64,000 nt of DNA, from positions 1 through 64,000 of the forward strand of contig JBMFRX010000003.1 in NCBI GenBank assembly GCA_049967855.1, written 5' to 3'. Origin of the DNA: Caldisericaceae bacterium (lineage in GTDB: Bacteria; Caldisericota; Caldisericia; Caldisericales; Caldisericaceae). Positions 30,113 through 39,898 of this stretch are shown piece after piece (position 1 is the stretch's first letter; every line of letters starts with the position of its first letter). The translations under genes were made by a program, and so were the position numbers. The notes beneath the pieces are model-generated. The model saw nothing but the letters and a program-made list of their open reading frames with translations. It had not been told where the DNA came from and made no database searches.

Positions 30113-31306
30113 TCATTCTCTTTCCCGGTAGGTGTCTGGGTCTGTAAAAAATATTGCGGTCACAGAAATCAGCAACATTGGCACAATGCCAAAAACCACT
30201 AAAGACGACCATAAGCTGTGAGTGAGAACACCCAATTGTGGCAGCAAAAATCCTCCAAGGTTTGCGAATATCAAGATGATGCCACTGCCAATGCCAGCAT
30301 ACTCAATTCCTATTTTTGTGTAAGCACTAGGCAGGTGCACTCCAATTGGATATACTGGGAAGAGTGTCAAACCAAGCACAAGGCTGTCAAGCAGCAAGAC
30401 ATAGTAATTGTTTACGAATGGCACCAAAAAGAACATAAGCGCACTTATGATTGGGAGTATAATGAAGAAAATCTTAACCTGCTTTAATTTATGAGAAAGC
30501 ACAGGCACAGTGAGGGCGCCAATCAAACAACCAATTAGCTTCATAGAGGTCACAAGGCTTGCCTGCTCTGGACCAATTCCTTTGAAAGAAGTAAAAAGTT
30601 TCGGATACCAGGTTGCAATCCATGCAAAGACTCCAATATCAAGGAAGGCAATTACAAAAAGATAAGCCATAGCCTTCTCTTTCAATATCAATTTAAAGCC
30701 CTTAACAATCGAAGGTCGCGGGCGTGGTTGAACAGAGTAAGCAAAACTATTCTTAGAGATTACATAGATATAAAAGGCAGAAACGATTGCAGAAACTATA
30801 CCGTAAAACAGTAAGGTGGAAAACAGTCCAATCTTCTGTACCGCACCAAAAGTTAACAGATACCCAAGAAATTCGCCAGTCGTAAGGGCTGCAGTGAAGA
30901 GAGCAATTCTCTGCGCAGCAAAATCCTTTTCGAACAGCCTGTATGTTAATGGCGACCATGAAGTGAAGCAATATACAGCGCTCAAAGCAAAAATAAGATG
31001 CACAATTAGCAGGGCATCAAAATTAAAGAGGACAAAAGGTTTTGCAAGGGAAGTAATCCCCAAAAGCAAAGCTGCAATGATTGTGGTCCTCTTAGGATCC
31101 CTGTCAGCAAGGTTGCCAGAAAAGTAAGAAAAGATAACCAGCATTAATGGTATGGCAGATATAAAAATGGTTAACAAAAACACAGGTGCATTATACCTTG
31201 GTTCGACCACTGAATGGATGATTGGTCCCCACATAAACCAGTCAAAACCAATCATTGCAGTAATCAACGCAAAAGAATAGAAAATCAAATTCGATTTCTT
31301 TTCCAT
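30113..31306 (-). CDS. MFS transporter
   Basis: About 12 TMs, GNLADR motif A. Start at ATG 31306 after SD GAGGA; directly downstream of glnA. Confidence 0.85.
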   Translation of the reverse strand: MEKKSNLIFYSFALITAMIGFDWFMWGPIIHSVVEPRYNAPVFLLTIFISAIPLMLVIFSYFSGNLADRDPKRTTIIAALLLGITSLAKPFVLFNFDALLIVHLIFALSAVYCFTSWSPLTYRLFEKDFAAQRIALFTAALTTGEFLGYLLTFGAVQKIGLFSTLLFYGIVSAIVSAFYIYVISKNSFAYSVQPRPRPSIVKGFKLILKEKAMAYLFVIAFLDIGVFAWIATWYPKLFTSFKGIGPEQASLVTSMKLIGCLIGALTVPVLSHKLKQVKIFFIILPIISALMFFLVPFVNNYYVLLLDSLVLGLTLFPVYPIGVHLPSAYTKIGIEYAGIGSGIILIFANLGGFLLPQLGVLTHSLWSSLVVFGIVPMLLISVTAIFFTDPDTYRERE

Positions 31307-31331
31307 AGTATCCTCTCTTTTATTGGATTTA

Positions 31332-32735
31332 TTAGCAATCATAATAGAGTTCAATTTCATAGGGACTAACCCTTAAATTGACGGCTCTATCTTCGCCCTG
31401 CTTTGTTTTTATCCAGGAATCCAGTAGTTGTTCAGAAAATACCCCGTCTCTAATAAGGAATTTATTATCATTCTTGAGGCTATCAAGCGCTTCAATCAAA
31501 GACCCAGGAAGCAACATTGCGCTTTCTTCACTGTCCCACTTGAGGGCAACAGGGTCAACTGCATTCTCGATTCCATCAATTCCTGCAAGAAGCATCGCAG
31601 ACATCGAAAGATAAATGTTCCCTGTAGCATCAGGAGGCCTAAATTCCATTCTTTTTTCATTAGGTAGTGTAGCATAAGCTGGAATTCTGATAGCCGCTTT
31701 CCTGTTTGACAAAGAAAAAAAAGCTTTTATTGGGGCTTCAAAACCTGGAGTAAGTCTCTTATAGGAATTTGTTGAAGGGTTGGTTAAACCCATTATGGCA
31801 CGCGAATGCTGCAAAATACCAGCAATATATGAAAGTGCAACAGCAGAAAGCTCACCGTAAGGTGCATCCTTTTCAAAAAATACTGGTGAATCCACGTTGA
31901 GTAGCAGTTGATGAAAATGCATTCCAGACCCTGCTTCACTAAAAAGAGGTTTCGGCATAAAGGTCACTGTGAGATTGTTGTTAAAGGCAGCCATTTTTGC
32001 AAAATACTTGACAAGTTGCCCTGTATCTCCTGCTTCCAGCAAGTCAGTCATCTGAACCTCAATCTCTACCTGACCAGCGCCTCCACCTTCGTGGTGATGA
32101 TATTTGACGTCAACTCCTGCATTTTCAAGCAGTATTGAAAGGTCAGACCTGAAATTGAAGAGATGGTCCTTTGGCGGTATGGCGTGATACCCTCTGCCTT
32201 TTGCAATTGGGTACCCAAGATTATCCTCATCCGCCCTTGTGGAGTTCCAATGAGCCTCATCAGAATCAACTTCATAGTAAGATATGTTCTCAGAATTCTT
32301 GAAGTTAACGCTATTAAAAACATAGAATTCATATTCAGGTCCCCAGAGACTTCTCGTTGCATATTTCTTACCAGCAAGAAGTTTTTGCGCATTGGTTGCC
32401 ACACCTCGAGAATCCAGAGCAAATGGCTCTTTTGATGATATATTATGGACACTGCCAAAAAAAGAGAGAGTTTTAACCTTAAAGAAAGGGTCGACAAATC
32501 CTGCTTTCATATCAGGAATAAGGACCATATCGCTCTTTTCTATCGAAGCGAACCCAGGTATAGAAGAACCATCAATTCCAATCCCTTCAGAGATTGTTGC
32601 TTCAGAAAACCTTGATGCAGGAATAGTTATGTGGTGCAATCCACCAAACAGATTTGTAAATTTTACATCCACCTGGTCGATGCCATTCTGCAGGATAAAA
32701 TTCTGCGCCTCTTTTAAGTTTTCAAACTTCAACAT
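31332..32735 (-). CDS. glnA: Type I glutamine synthetase
   Basis: DGSSIPGF, GPEYEFY, HHHE, TFMPKP, GSGMHFH, NSYKRL.PGFEAP, NR.AAIRIP, EFRPPD, ELYYD. Confidence 0.95.
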   Translation of the reverse strand: MLKFENLKEAQNFILQNGIDQVDVKFTNLFGGLHHITIPASRFSEATISEGIGIDGSSIPGFASIEKSDMVLIPDMKAGFVDPFFKVKTLSFFGSVHNISSKEPFALDSRGVATNAQKLLAGKKYATRSLWGPEYEFYVFNSVNFKNSENISYYEVDSDEAHWNSTRADEDNLGYPIAKGRGYHAIPPKDHLFNFRSDLSILLENAGVDVKYHHHEGGGAGQVEIEVQMTDLLEAGDTGQLVKYFAKMAAFNNNLTVTFMPKPLFSEAGSGMHFHQLLLNVDSPVFFEKDAPYGELSAVALSYIAGILQHSRAIMGLTNPSTNSYKRLTPGFEAPIKAFFSLSNRKAAIRIPAYATLPNEKRMEFRPPDATGNIYLSMSAMLLAGIDGIENAVDPVALKWDSEESAMLLPGSLIEALDSLKNDNKFLIRDGVFSEQLLDSWIKTKQGEDRAVNLRVSPYEIELYYDC

Positions 32736-32830
32736 CTTAGCCTCCTAAAGTTCTGTAGGTAGTTTATTGTACTAAATTTCTAACTTTATGCAACTTGTAA
32801 AACTTTTTAAAAAATTCTCCCGTTTTCCTC

Positions 32831-32858
32831 TTGACACAAAACTTTTTTTCATTATACT
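32831..32858 (+). promoter_or_regulatory. sigma70 promoter with no downstream ORF (drives the sRNA candidate)
   Basis: TTGACA (32831-32836), 16 nt, TATACT (32853-32858). Confidence 0.75.
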
Positions 32859-32864
32859 ACTCAA

Positions 32865-32960
32865 CATAGTAAGTGCAGGCTTTCACCACCGAACAGCCTG
32901 ATACCTACCTCCTTTCTTATTCATGCCAGGGAGGGTGTCCCCATCACCTTCCCTTCTTTT
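32865..32960 (+). ncRNA. Candidate small regulatory RNA with exposed anti-SD motif
   Basis: Promoter, CAGGCT/AGCCTG hairpin, single-stranded ACCTCCTTTCT, then terminator AGGGAGGGTG/CACCTTCCCT + TCTTTT; no ORF. Confidence 0.6.
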
Positions 32961-34686
32961 ATTTATAATTCTTGAATTGTGTAGTGTAAAGCTCATAGTA
33001 CAAACCCTTTCGCCTCATAAGCTCTGAATGTTTCCCTTGCTCTACTATTCTGCCTTTGTTTATAACGTAAATTTTGTTTGCATCGCGAATGGTTGACAAT
33101 CTGTGGGCAATAACAACAGAAGTTCTCCCTTCCATAATTGTCTTAATCCCCTTCTCAATAAGTTCTTCCGTATTAGTGTCTATCGAAGCAGTTGCTTCAT
33201 CGAGGATAAGTATTTTAGGATTGTATATTAGAGCTCTCACAAACGAAATGAGCTGCCTCTCTCCAAAAGAAATGTTCTTGCCCTCGCTTATAAGCTCAGT
33301 ATCATAGCCCTTCTCAAGCTTCATTATCAAATCGTGGACGCCAAGCTTCTTGCAGGCATCTATAATAGATTCATCGGAGAAATCTTCTCTTCCTAAGGTG
33401 ATATTTTCTCTTACGGTTCCTCTAAAAATGAATATGCTTTGCTGGACAATCGCCATATTCTGTCTCAGTTTTGTCTTGTTAATCTCCTTAATATCAATAC
33501 CATCAAACTCGACATTCCCGCTGTTCACACTGTAGAAGCCAAGTATTAGATTTGCTATGGTGGATTTGCCAGCACCAGTAAAGCCAACTATCGCCGCTTT
33601 TTCGCCACGTTTAATCTCCATTGAAACATCGTTTAAGACATTCTCTGTTCCATTGTAGGAAAACGCAACACTTCTGAGCATAATATCGCCTTTTATTTCA
33701 AGGTCTGTTATCCCTTCTTTGTCTTCAACTTTGTTTTCGTTTACGAAGTCACCAATCTTGCTCATAGATGCAAAAGCGTTCTGAAGGATGGAGAATTTGT
33801 CTGATAGGTCTCCCAACGGGCCGTACAATTGGTTTAGATATGACAAAAAAGCAAGCAAAGTTCCAATTGTGGTTTTGCCATTTATGACAAGCAAACCTCC
33901 AAAAATAATCAGAAGAAAATTTGAAATGTAAGAAACAAGATTTATAAACTGCCTCAAAACAGTATTAAGCATCTGTGACTGATAGAATCGCACTTTAAAC
34001 TCATCGGCGTGTTTTGCAAAAACATTCCTGTGATGTTCTTCATCATTAAAGCTCTGAAGTATTGTTAGTCCGCTCAGGCTCTCCTGCATATGAATATTAA
34101 TTTTAGTAAGAGCATCTCTGACTTGCTCAAACACGTGTTCAATTTTATCACCAAGAACCAGTGACACTACTACTGCAACAGGCAGCGGAGAAGTTGCTAT
34201 AAGGGCAAGTCTTGGATTCAAATAGAACAAAAATCCGATTGCAAAAACAACAAACAGCACATCACCCAACAGAGAAATAAGGCCAGAATTTAAAAGGTCG
34301 TTCATATTCTCAACATCGTTGGTTATTCTTGTTATTATTTTCCCTGACGGTTCCTTTGTAAAGACATCCACCTCGAAATTCTCCATAGTCTTAAAGAGGT
34401 CTTTTCGCAAGTCCTTCATTATGTTTTGCCCGGCAAGGTTGCCAACGTAGATTTGAAGAAGCCTTGCAAGGTAAAGCAAAACAATCGTGGCCACCAAAAT
34501 CTCTGAGTAGTAAAACAGTTTTTGGAGACTTTTGGTTGTTGTAATATCATCAATTGCCTTTTTTGAAAGCAACGGGATGAAAGAGGAAAGAGCAGAAGCA
34601 ATAATAAGAGCAACAAATGCAATTATTATCTGCCACTTGTATTTCTTAAAGTAGGGAACAAACTTTTCCAAATACTTGCCTCTCAT
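32959..34686 (-). CDS. ABC exporter, fused TMD-NBD (heterodimer subunit)
   Basis: GFTGAGKST, ISFGERQ (degenerate signature), ILDEATA, IAHRLSTI. Confidence 0.93.
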   Translation of the reverse strand: MRGKYLEKFVPYFKKYKWQIIIAFVALIIASALSSFIPLLSKKAIDDITTTKSLQKLFYYSEILVATIVLLYLARLLQIYVGNLAGQNIMKDLRKDLFKTMENFEVDVFTKEPSGKIITRITNDVENMNDLLNSGLISLLGDVLFVVFAIGFLFYLNPRLALIATSPLPVAVVVSLVLGDKIEHVFEQVRDALTKINIHMQESLSGLTILQSFNDEEHHRNVFAKHADEFKVRFYQSQMLNTVLRQFINLVSYISNFLLIIFGGLLVINGKTTIGTLLAFLSYLNQLYGPLGDLSDKFSILQNAFASMSKIGDFVNENKVEDKEGITDLEIKGDIMLRSVAFSYNGTENVLNDVSMEIKRGEKAAIVGFTGAGKSTIANLILGFYSVNSGNVEFDGIDIKEINKTKLRQNMAIVQQSIFIFRGTVRENITLGREDFSDESIIDACKKLGVHDLIMKLEKGYDTELISEGKNISFGERQLISFVRALIYNPKILILDEATASIDTNTEELIEKGIKTIMEGRTSVVIAHRLSTIRDANKIYVINKGRIVEQGKHSELMRRKGLYYELYTTQFKNYK

Positions 34687-36410
34687 GATTCCACTCCTTC
34701 AAGAAGCTGCTTCCTGTATAAGTGATAATAGTATCCCTTCTTTAATAAGAGGTCGTCTGGGTGGCCGTGCTCGATTACTTTTCCACCGACAATAACGCTG
34801 ATATTGTCAACAATCGACAGAGCACTTATCCTCTGAGAAATGATAATAGTGAGCAGTTTCCTCTCTGAAAGATAATCTTTAAGGTTCGTTATGATTTTCT
34901 TCTCTGTATTAGTATCTACCGCAGACAGCGAATCATCTAAAATAAGAATAGGCCTTTTTGAAATAACCGCCCTTGCGATAGAAACTCTCTGGCGTTGACC
35001 ACCTGACAGAGTTACTCCTTGCTCACCCACCAGAGTCTCAAAACCGTTTGGAAATGTTAAAATTTCATCGTAAATCCCTGCAACTTTTGCGGCTTCAAGC
35101 ACATCGTCATAGCTTGCTTTCCTATCACCAACAAGGATATTATTAGCTATAGTATCGCTGAACAAAAATGGATCCTGCGGAACATAAGCAAAAAAGCTCC
35201 GCAATTCGGATAAACCCATTTCGAGTACGTCCACCCCGTTAATGAAAATAGAGCCTTTTGGTGGATTGTATATTCTCATTATAAGCTCAATGAGAGTTGA
35301 TTTGCCGCTTCCAGGGGGACCTGTTATGCCAAGAATTTCTTCTGGGAAAAGCGACATAGATATTGACGCCAAAGCTTTGTTGGTATCAGAGCCATATGAA
35401 AATGTAAGGTTTCTTATCTCGAGCTGAGTTTTGAGCTCTGCTTTCCTGGGCAGTTTATCATCAACTTTGACTGTACTAACCTGAAGCATTTCATTTATTC
35501 TATCAAGAGACGCATGTGCCCGCTGATAAAGTGCCACCGAAAAGCCAATTGCCATTATGGGCCAGGATAATGTCTGAATGTATTGAAAAAAAGCAACTAC
35601 AGTTCCTATATCCACTGTATTTCTTATAACAAAAATTCCTCCAAACAAGATAAGCAAAAATAAGGAAATATTCGTGAACAGAGTGATTGTAGGGTCAAGG
35701 AAACCATCAAGCTTGACAAGCTTCATATTTTGCCGAACGTAATCCTCGTTCACAGATGAAAATATCTTGAGATAATAATCTTCTCGAGTAAAAGCTTTTA
35801 TAACTCTTATGCCATTTATCACTTCTCTGATTCTTACGGTCATATCTGCAAAGATGATTTGCACTTTCTTATAGAATTTATGAATCTTTGTACCAAAGTT
35901 AAGAGTAAGAGGGATAAGAAAAAATAGAGGAACAACAACTATCAAAGTTAGTTTCTTGTTCATTAGAAACATCGATACAAAAGTAGTTGCTCCAAGGAAA
36001 AAAACATCCAGCAAGCCAAGAAAACCCATCGTGAGAAACATCCTGACCGAGGTAGTGTCACTTGTAACACGCGACATCAGGTCACCTATCTCTCTCTCTT
36101 CAAAGTCCTTCTTGGTAAACGTAATATATTTATAGTAGAGCTTGGTTTTTATGTCAAAGTCGAGCCCAAGCACAAGGCGCCTCATCATAAAATTGTAGCC
36201 CACTCTTATTACAATGATCGCCAATGAAACTCCCATTATGTATAAGCTGTTTGCGATGAGTAAGTGACTCTGGCTTTTTGTAATTGCATCGACTGCTCGC
36301 TTTGTAAAAAGAGGAATGACGACTTGGAGCAAATCGACAATCAAAAGTAGGAATATGATAAAAGAGTATTCCTTGGCTCTTTTCTTAAAAAAATCAAATA
36401 GAATTTTCAT
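34683..36410 (-). CDS. ABC exporter, fused TMD-NBD (heterodimer subunit with degenerate site)
   Basis: GPPGSGKST, LSGGQRQR, ILDDSLSAVD (E to D), ISQR (H to Q): TM287/288-type asymmetry. Confidence 0.93.
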   Translation of the reverse strand: MKILFDFFKKRAKEYSFIIFLLLIVDLLQVVIPLFTKRAVDAITKSQSHLLIANSLYIMGVSLAIIVIRVGYNFMMRRLVLGLDFDIKTKLYYKYITFTKKDFEEREIGDLMSRVTSDTTSVRMFLTMGFLGLLDVFFLGATTFVSMFLMNKKLTLIVVVPLFFLIPLTLNFGTKIHKFYKKVQIIFADMTVRIREVINGIRVIKAFTREDYYLKIFSSVNEDYVRQNMKLVKLDGFLDPTITLFTNISLFLLILFGGIFVIRNTVDIGTVVAFFQYIQTLSWPIMAIGFSVALYQRAHASLDRINEMLQVSTVKVDDKLPRKAELKTQLEIRNLTFSYGSDTNKALASISMSLFPEEILGITGPPGSGKSTLIELIMRIYNPPKGSIFINGVDVLEMGLSELRSFFAYVPQDPFLFSDTIANNILVGDRKASYDDVLEAAKVAGIYDEILTFPNGFETLVGEQGVTLSGGQRQRVSIARAVISKRPILILDDSLSAVDTNTEKKIITNLKDYLSERKLLTIIISQRISALSIVDNISVIVGGKVIEHGHPDDLLLKKGYYYHLYRKQLLEGVES

Positions 36411-36454
36411 CTTTTCAATACATTATAGTACTTTAGCAGTTTTACCCAAAATAA

Positions 36455-36492
36455 ATTTTTAGAGCCCCCTGTGAGGAGGCTCTAATCTTTTT
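36455..36492. terminator. Hairpin, probable terminator after hsp20
   Basis: TAGAGCCCCCT/AGGAGGCTCTA imperfect stem just past the hsp20 stop. Confidence 0.5.
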
Positions 36493-36958
36493 ACAGAGAA
36501 ATTTCTTTTGACTTTTTGGCTGTTTCAGCCTTTGGTACTGTAATTTCAAGCACACCATTTTCGAATTTTGCCTGAGCTTTGTCAGGCTCAACCTTCGCAG
36601 GCAGTGGAAGAACTCTTGAGAAAGACCCGTAATACCTCTCTTCAAGGACATAGCTCTCGGTATTCTCCTTCTTTTCCTTCTTCATTTCGCCAGAAACACT
36701 CACAGTGTCCTCTGTAACTTTTATCTTAACGTCTTTTTTGTCAACACCTGGTAGGTTGATTTTCACAACGACATCATTGTCGTGCTCTACAATATCAGCA
36801 TCTGGCCTCATAAGCAAGACAGAAGGAGAAAGTTCCTTAAGAGAGCTTCTTCCAGGAAGAGCTCTACCTGCTCTTGTTCCTCCCCAGAACTTTGCAAAAA
36901 TCTCGTCGAGTTCTTCTTCAAGCCTGCGTACTTCATCAAACGGATCCCAATTTGCCAT
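36491..36958 (-). CDS. Hsp20/alpha-crystallin small heat shock protein
   Basis: WDPF, LPGVDKKDV, ERYYGSFSR..PLP, A.FENGVLEITVPK. Start at ATG 36958 after SD GGAGGTGA. Confidence 0.95.
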   Translation of the reverse strand: MANWDPFDEVRRLEEELDEIFAKFWGGTRAGRALPGRSSLKELSPSVLLMRPDADIVEHDNDVVVKINLPGVDKKDVKIKVTEDTVSVSGEMKKEKKENTESYVLEERYYGSFSRVLPLPAKVEPDKAQAKFENGVLEITVPKAETAKKSKEISL

Positions 36959-37067
36959 ATCTATCACCTCCAGCAATTATTATAATAAAATCTCAAAAAA
37001 TTTCAAGTATTTTCCAAAAAAACACAACTTTGAAGAAACAATGAGATTCTCTGATTATTTAAAGTCT

Positions 37068-37832
37068 CTAACTGGAATCTCCGCAAACAGAACAATGAGG
37101 GTTTCTCTCTATGTTAATTATAGAAAACTCGTCGTTAAGCAAATCGTAAATAAGGAGTTTGTCAAAAAGATTCGAGCCAATTCCAAGAGTAAACTTGATA
37201 AATTCAGAGGCAACAATTGTGCCAATAGTGCCAACAAGAGTCCCGATGATACCCTCTGAAAGGTTTTTCTCTGTCATAAGATTTACGATTTCTTTTTCCT
37301 TTTCTGGGAAAATACAATTAAAGCATGCGCTCTTGTGTGGCATTACGTCGGTAACCTGCCCAGAAAAACGCCCGACTGCACCAATAAATAAAGGCTTGTT
37401 CAGAGCAACACATACCTTATTTACAAGATATCTTGTTTCAAAATTGTCCGTTGCATCTATCACCGCATCATACTTAATGAAAATGTTCTCTGCAACTTCA
37501 AGGTCACTTAACCACAAAGGATACGCCTCGTACGACAAGTTTGGATTAAGCTTTTTCAGTTTTTCAGTCGCAACCTGTGTTTTCTTTTTCCCAACATCAT
37601 ATGAATCATATAGTACTTGTCTGTTGAGATTGCTAATCGAAACCTCGTCTCCGTCAATAAAACCAATTCTTCCCACACCTGCGGCAGCCAGATACATCAG
37701 GATTGGGCTCCCGAGGCCGCCTGCCCCAACTACGACTACAGAGGCACTCTTCAACTTGAGCTGCCCATCTTTTCCTATTTTGTCTATCCTGATTTGCCTG
37801 TTGTATCTGCCGAGCTCTTCTTTAGAAAGCAT
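37068..37832 (-). CDS. MoeB/ThiF family adenylyltransferase
   Basis: RYNRQI, VGAGGLGSP, SNLNRQ, DATDNF.TRY, CFNC and C-terminal CSVC. Confidence 0.93.
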   Translation of the reverse strand: MLSKEELGRYNRQIRIDKIGKDGQLKLKSASVVVVGAGGLGSPILMYLAAAGVGRIGFIDGDEVSISNLNRQVLYDSYDVGKKKTQVATEKLKKLNPNLSYEAYPLWLSDLEVAENIFIKYDAVIDATDNFETRYLVNKVCVALNKPLFIGAVGRFSGQVTDVMPHKSACFNCIFPEKEKEIVNLMTEKNLSEGIIGTLVGTIGTIVASEFIKFTLGIGSNLFDKLLIYDLLNDEFSIINIERNPHCSVCGDSS

Positions 37833-37833
37833 T

Positions 37834-37899
37834 TTAACATCCTGAGTTCTCTGGTCGTTTTCTTAAAAAGTCTCCGTACAACTTCACTTTAACCCTCAT
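37834..37899 (-). pseudogene. MoaD/ThiS sulfur-carrier remnant (internal deletion)
   Basis: 21 aa ORF MRVKVKLYGDFLRKRPENSGC*: MoaD-like N-terminus joined to an SGG-like end; its stop is 1 nt before the moeB ATG. Confidence 0.6.
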
Positions 37900-37946
37900 T
37901 TCAGGCTTCACCCTTGTCTATTTTATAGAAACATAAAAAAATTCTG

Positions 37947-38252
37947 TTAGGTATAACCAAGCTCCTTTTTTGCTTCCTCGCTCATCATATCAGGAGACCA
38001 TGGCGGGTCATAGGTTAATTCTATTTTCACATCCTTTACGCCATCAACAGACTTTAAGACAACTTCCGCATCACTCAGTATATAATTGCCCATCGGGCAA
38101 CCAGGGGCAGTTAAAGTCATAAGAACATTAACAGTGCCACTCTCTTCGTCAATATCCAGTTTGTAAATCAACCCAAGGTCAACGATGTTCACGGGTATCT
38201 CGGGGTCGTAAACATTTTTTAGTGCACTAAGCACTTCTTCTTTGCTAACCAT
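37947..38252 (-). CDS. Metal-sulfur cluster assembly factor (DUF59/SufT family)
   Basis: VYDPEIPVNIVDLGLIY, MTLTAPGCP, PPWSPDMMSEEAK. Confidence 0.93.
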   Translation of the reverse strand: MVSKEEVLSALKNVYDPEIPVNIVDLGLIYKLDIDEESGTVNVLMTLTAPGCPMGNYILSDAEVVLKSVDGVKDVKIELTYDPPWSPDMMSEEAKKELGYT

Positions 38253-38260
38253 TTTTCCTC

Positions 38261-38418
38261 CTATTCTTCAGAATAAATTCTCTTTTCTCCTTCAATTTTT
38301 TTCATTTCGGTAATATCTTGAGTAAACTCAAGCGTTCCAATGTACGCACCGCCTTATCCCTTGCACCAAGAATCAATGCATTCTTTCCTGCAGCTTTACC
38401 ATTCAAATATTCTCTCAT
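38261..38418 (-). pseudogene. DUF438/PAS-domain protein remnant (large deletion and frameshift)
   Basis: SD GAGGT + MREYLNGK...ARDK, frameshift, then GAYIGTLEFTQDITEMKKIEGEKRIYSEE*, resembling the C-terminus of DUF438-PAS proteins; 158 nt is not a multiple of 3. Confidence 0.65.
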
Positions 38419-38564
38419 ATATACCTCAACTTAATTATAACTGAACAAGTTATAATTGTCAAATGCTTTTATGCTACACACCTTAATCTATTCCAGACAT
38501 TCCTTGCCTACAAAATACAAGCTTCCAAACATATTATAAAGAAACAAATCTTAATCTTAAAAGC

Positions 38565-39590
38565 TCATTTAGATATTATCATCTCCGCCCATTGCTTAAT
38601 CCATTCTTCGCTTTTCACCTGAATTTCGGTAGGAGGTATGCTTATGAATTTTTCTGCTTTTGCACCATACTGAAAGCATTCGGGAAGCTGAATACTCTTA
38701 TCTATTGGATAAGTCCACTGGTGCAGTGGAATTTCCTTCTGAAAATCGGGGCTCAGCATAAAATCAATGTATTTCTTTGCAAGTGATTCATTCTTTGTTC
38801 CTTTTACTATTCCTGCAAATTCAAGCTGCAGCCAACCACCTTCGCTTGGAATAATTGATTTGTAACGAGTCGATTTGTCCGCATAGTAAAAATAAGCAGG
38901 GTCCATATCATAACTAATCATCATTGGCGCCTCACCATTTTCAAGAGCCTGAAAGGCAGGGTCCCATTCAGGATAAACCTGAAAAATAGTTCCCTTTATG
39001 CTTTTCCAGTAGTCCAGGTAATTGCTCTCCCCAAACGCTGCAACAGTCCAGAGCAAAAAACCCAGTCCAGGCGAAGAAGTCCTTGGGTCTTCTATTATCA
39101 ATTTTCCCTTGTACTCCTCCTTTGATAAATCTTTAAGACTCTTCGGAGGGTTAGTGATTTTACTTGAATCATAAAGAATTGCTATTGAATTTGGACCGTC
39201 AAATGGAATCAACTTCCAGGAACTGTCAAGTCGGTATTCCTGAGGAATCACTGAAAAGTCGGCTGGTTTGTATGATAAAAACAAGTCCTTATCAAGAGCT
39301 TTTTGAAACTCGTTCATATTGAGCCCAACAAAAACGTCCGCCTGAGGATTTGCTTGCTCGAGTATGAGCCTGTTAAGGGTTGCGTCTACTCCACCAAACG
39401 ACTTATATTCGATTTTGCAATTGTTTTTCTCCTCGAAAATTTTGTTCGTCGCATCTGGCAAACCATAAGATATGAAGCTGTCGTAGGTATAAATAGTGAG
39501 TGTTTGAGGCTGTTTGGGTGCTGTTTTGCAGCCAACAAAAACCGCTGCAAGCAACACAAAAATAATTGCTGACACAAAGATTTTTTTCAT
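38565..39590 (-). CDS. thiB: Thiamine ABC transporter substrate-binding lipoprotein
   Basis: Lipobox FVGC, LTIYTYDSF, DPRTSSPGLGFL.WT, LSPDFQ..IP..W.YP; downstream of a TPP riboswitch. Confidence 0.9.
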   Translation of the reverse strand: MKKIFVSAIIFVLLAAVFVGCKTAPKQPQTLTIYTYDSFISYGLPDATNKIFEEKNNCKIEYKSFGGVDATLNRLILEQANPQADVFVGLNMNEFQKALDKDLFLSYKPADFSVIPQEYRLDSSWKLIPFDGPNSIAILYDSSKITNPPKSLKDLSKEEYKGKLIIEDPRTSSPGLGFLLWTVAAFGESNYLDYWKSIKGTIFQVYPEWDPAFQALENGEAPMMISYDMDPAYFYYADKSTRYKSIIPSEGGWLQLEFAGIVKGTKNESLAKKYIDFMLSPDFQKEIPLHQWTYPIDKSIQLPECFQYGAKAEKFISIPPTEIQVKSEEWIKQWAEMIISK

Positions 39591-39880
39591 TTCTTCTCCT
39601 TCCTAAATTTCTTCACTTTCTCTTCAATCGTGATACCACCTAATTTATCATCGATTTTTATTATTGTATAGACTCTTCCTGAACCTTCGTCTCTTGCAAC
39701 AGAGTGAGCTTTCTTAACAACTTCAAAAACCCTTTCAAGGTCACCTTCAATAGTCGTGCCGTTGGCACCTACCTCATAATTAAGTCCTGACTCCTCCACA
39801 ACCTTAATTGCCCTGTCAACAATCTCATTTACGAGAGACTCCTTGACAATGGGAATCACTGTAAACTCTACAATTGCCAT
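39587..39880 (-). CDS. MTH1187/YkoF family thiamine-binding protein
   Basis: MAIVEFTVIP, SGLNYEVG..GTTIEG, RVYT.IKID. Start at ATG 39880 after SD AGGAGG. Confidence 0.9.
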   Translation of the reverse strand: MAIVEFTVIPIVKESLVNEIVDRAIKVVEESGLNYEVGANGTTIEGDLERVFEVVKKAHSVARDEGSGRVYTIIKIDDKLGGITIEEKVKKFRKEKK

Positions 39881-39898
39881 CTTTTGCCTCCTTGACAA

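Noticed and set aside
32796..32812. GlnR/TnrA box upstream of glnA (TGTAA-N7-TAAAA)
   Set aside because: Mismatch in a conserved position, AT-rich background, and no glnR next to glnA.
36959..37067. CIRCE/HrcA or CtsR operator upstream of hsp20
   Set aside because: No TTAGCACTC-N9-GAGTGCTAA or clear CtsR heptad repeats; only a plain sigma70-like promoter is visible.
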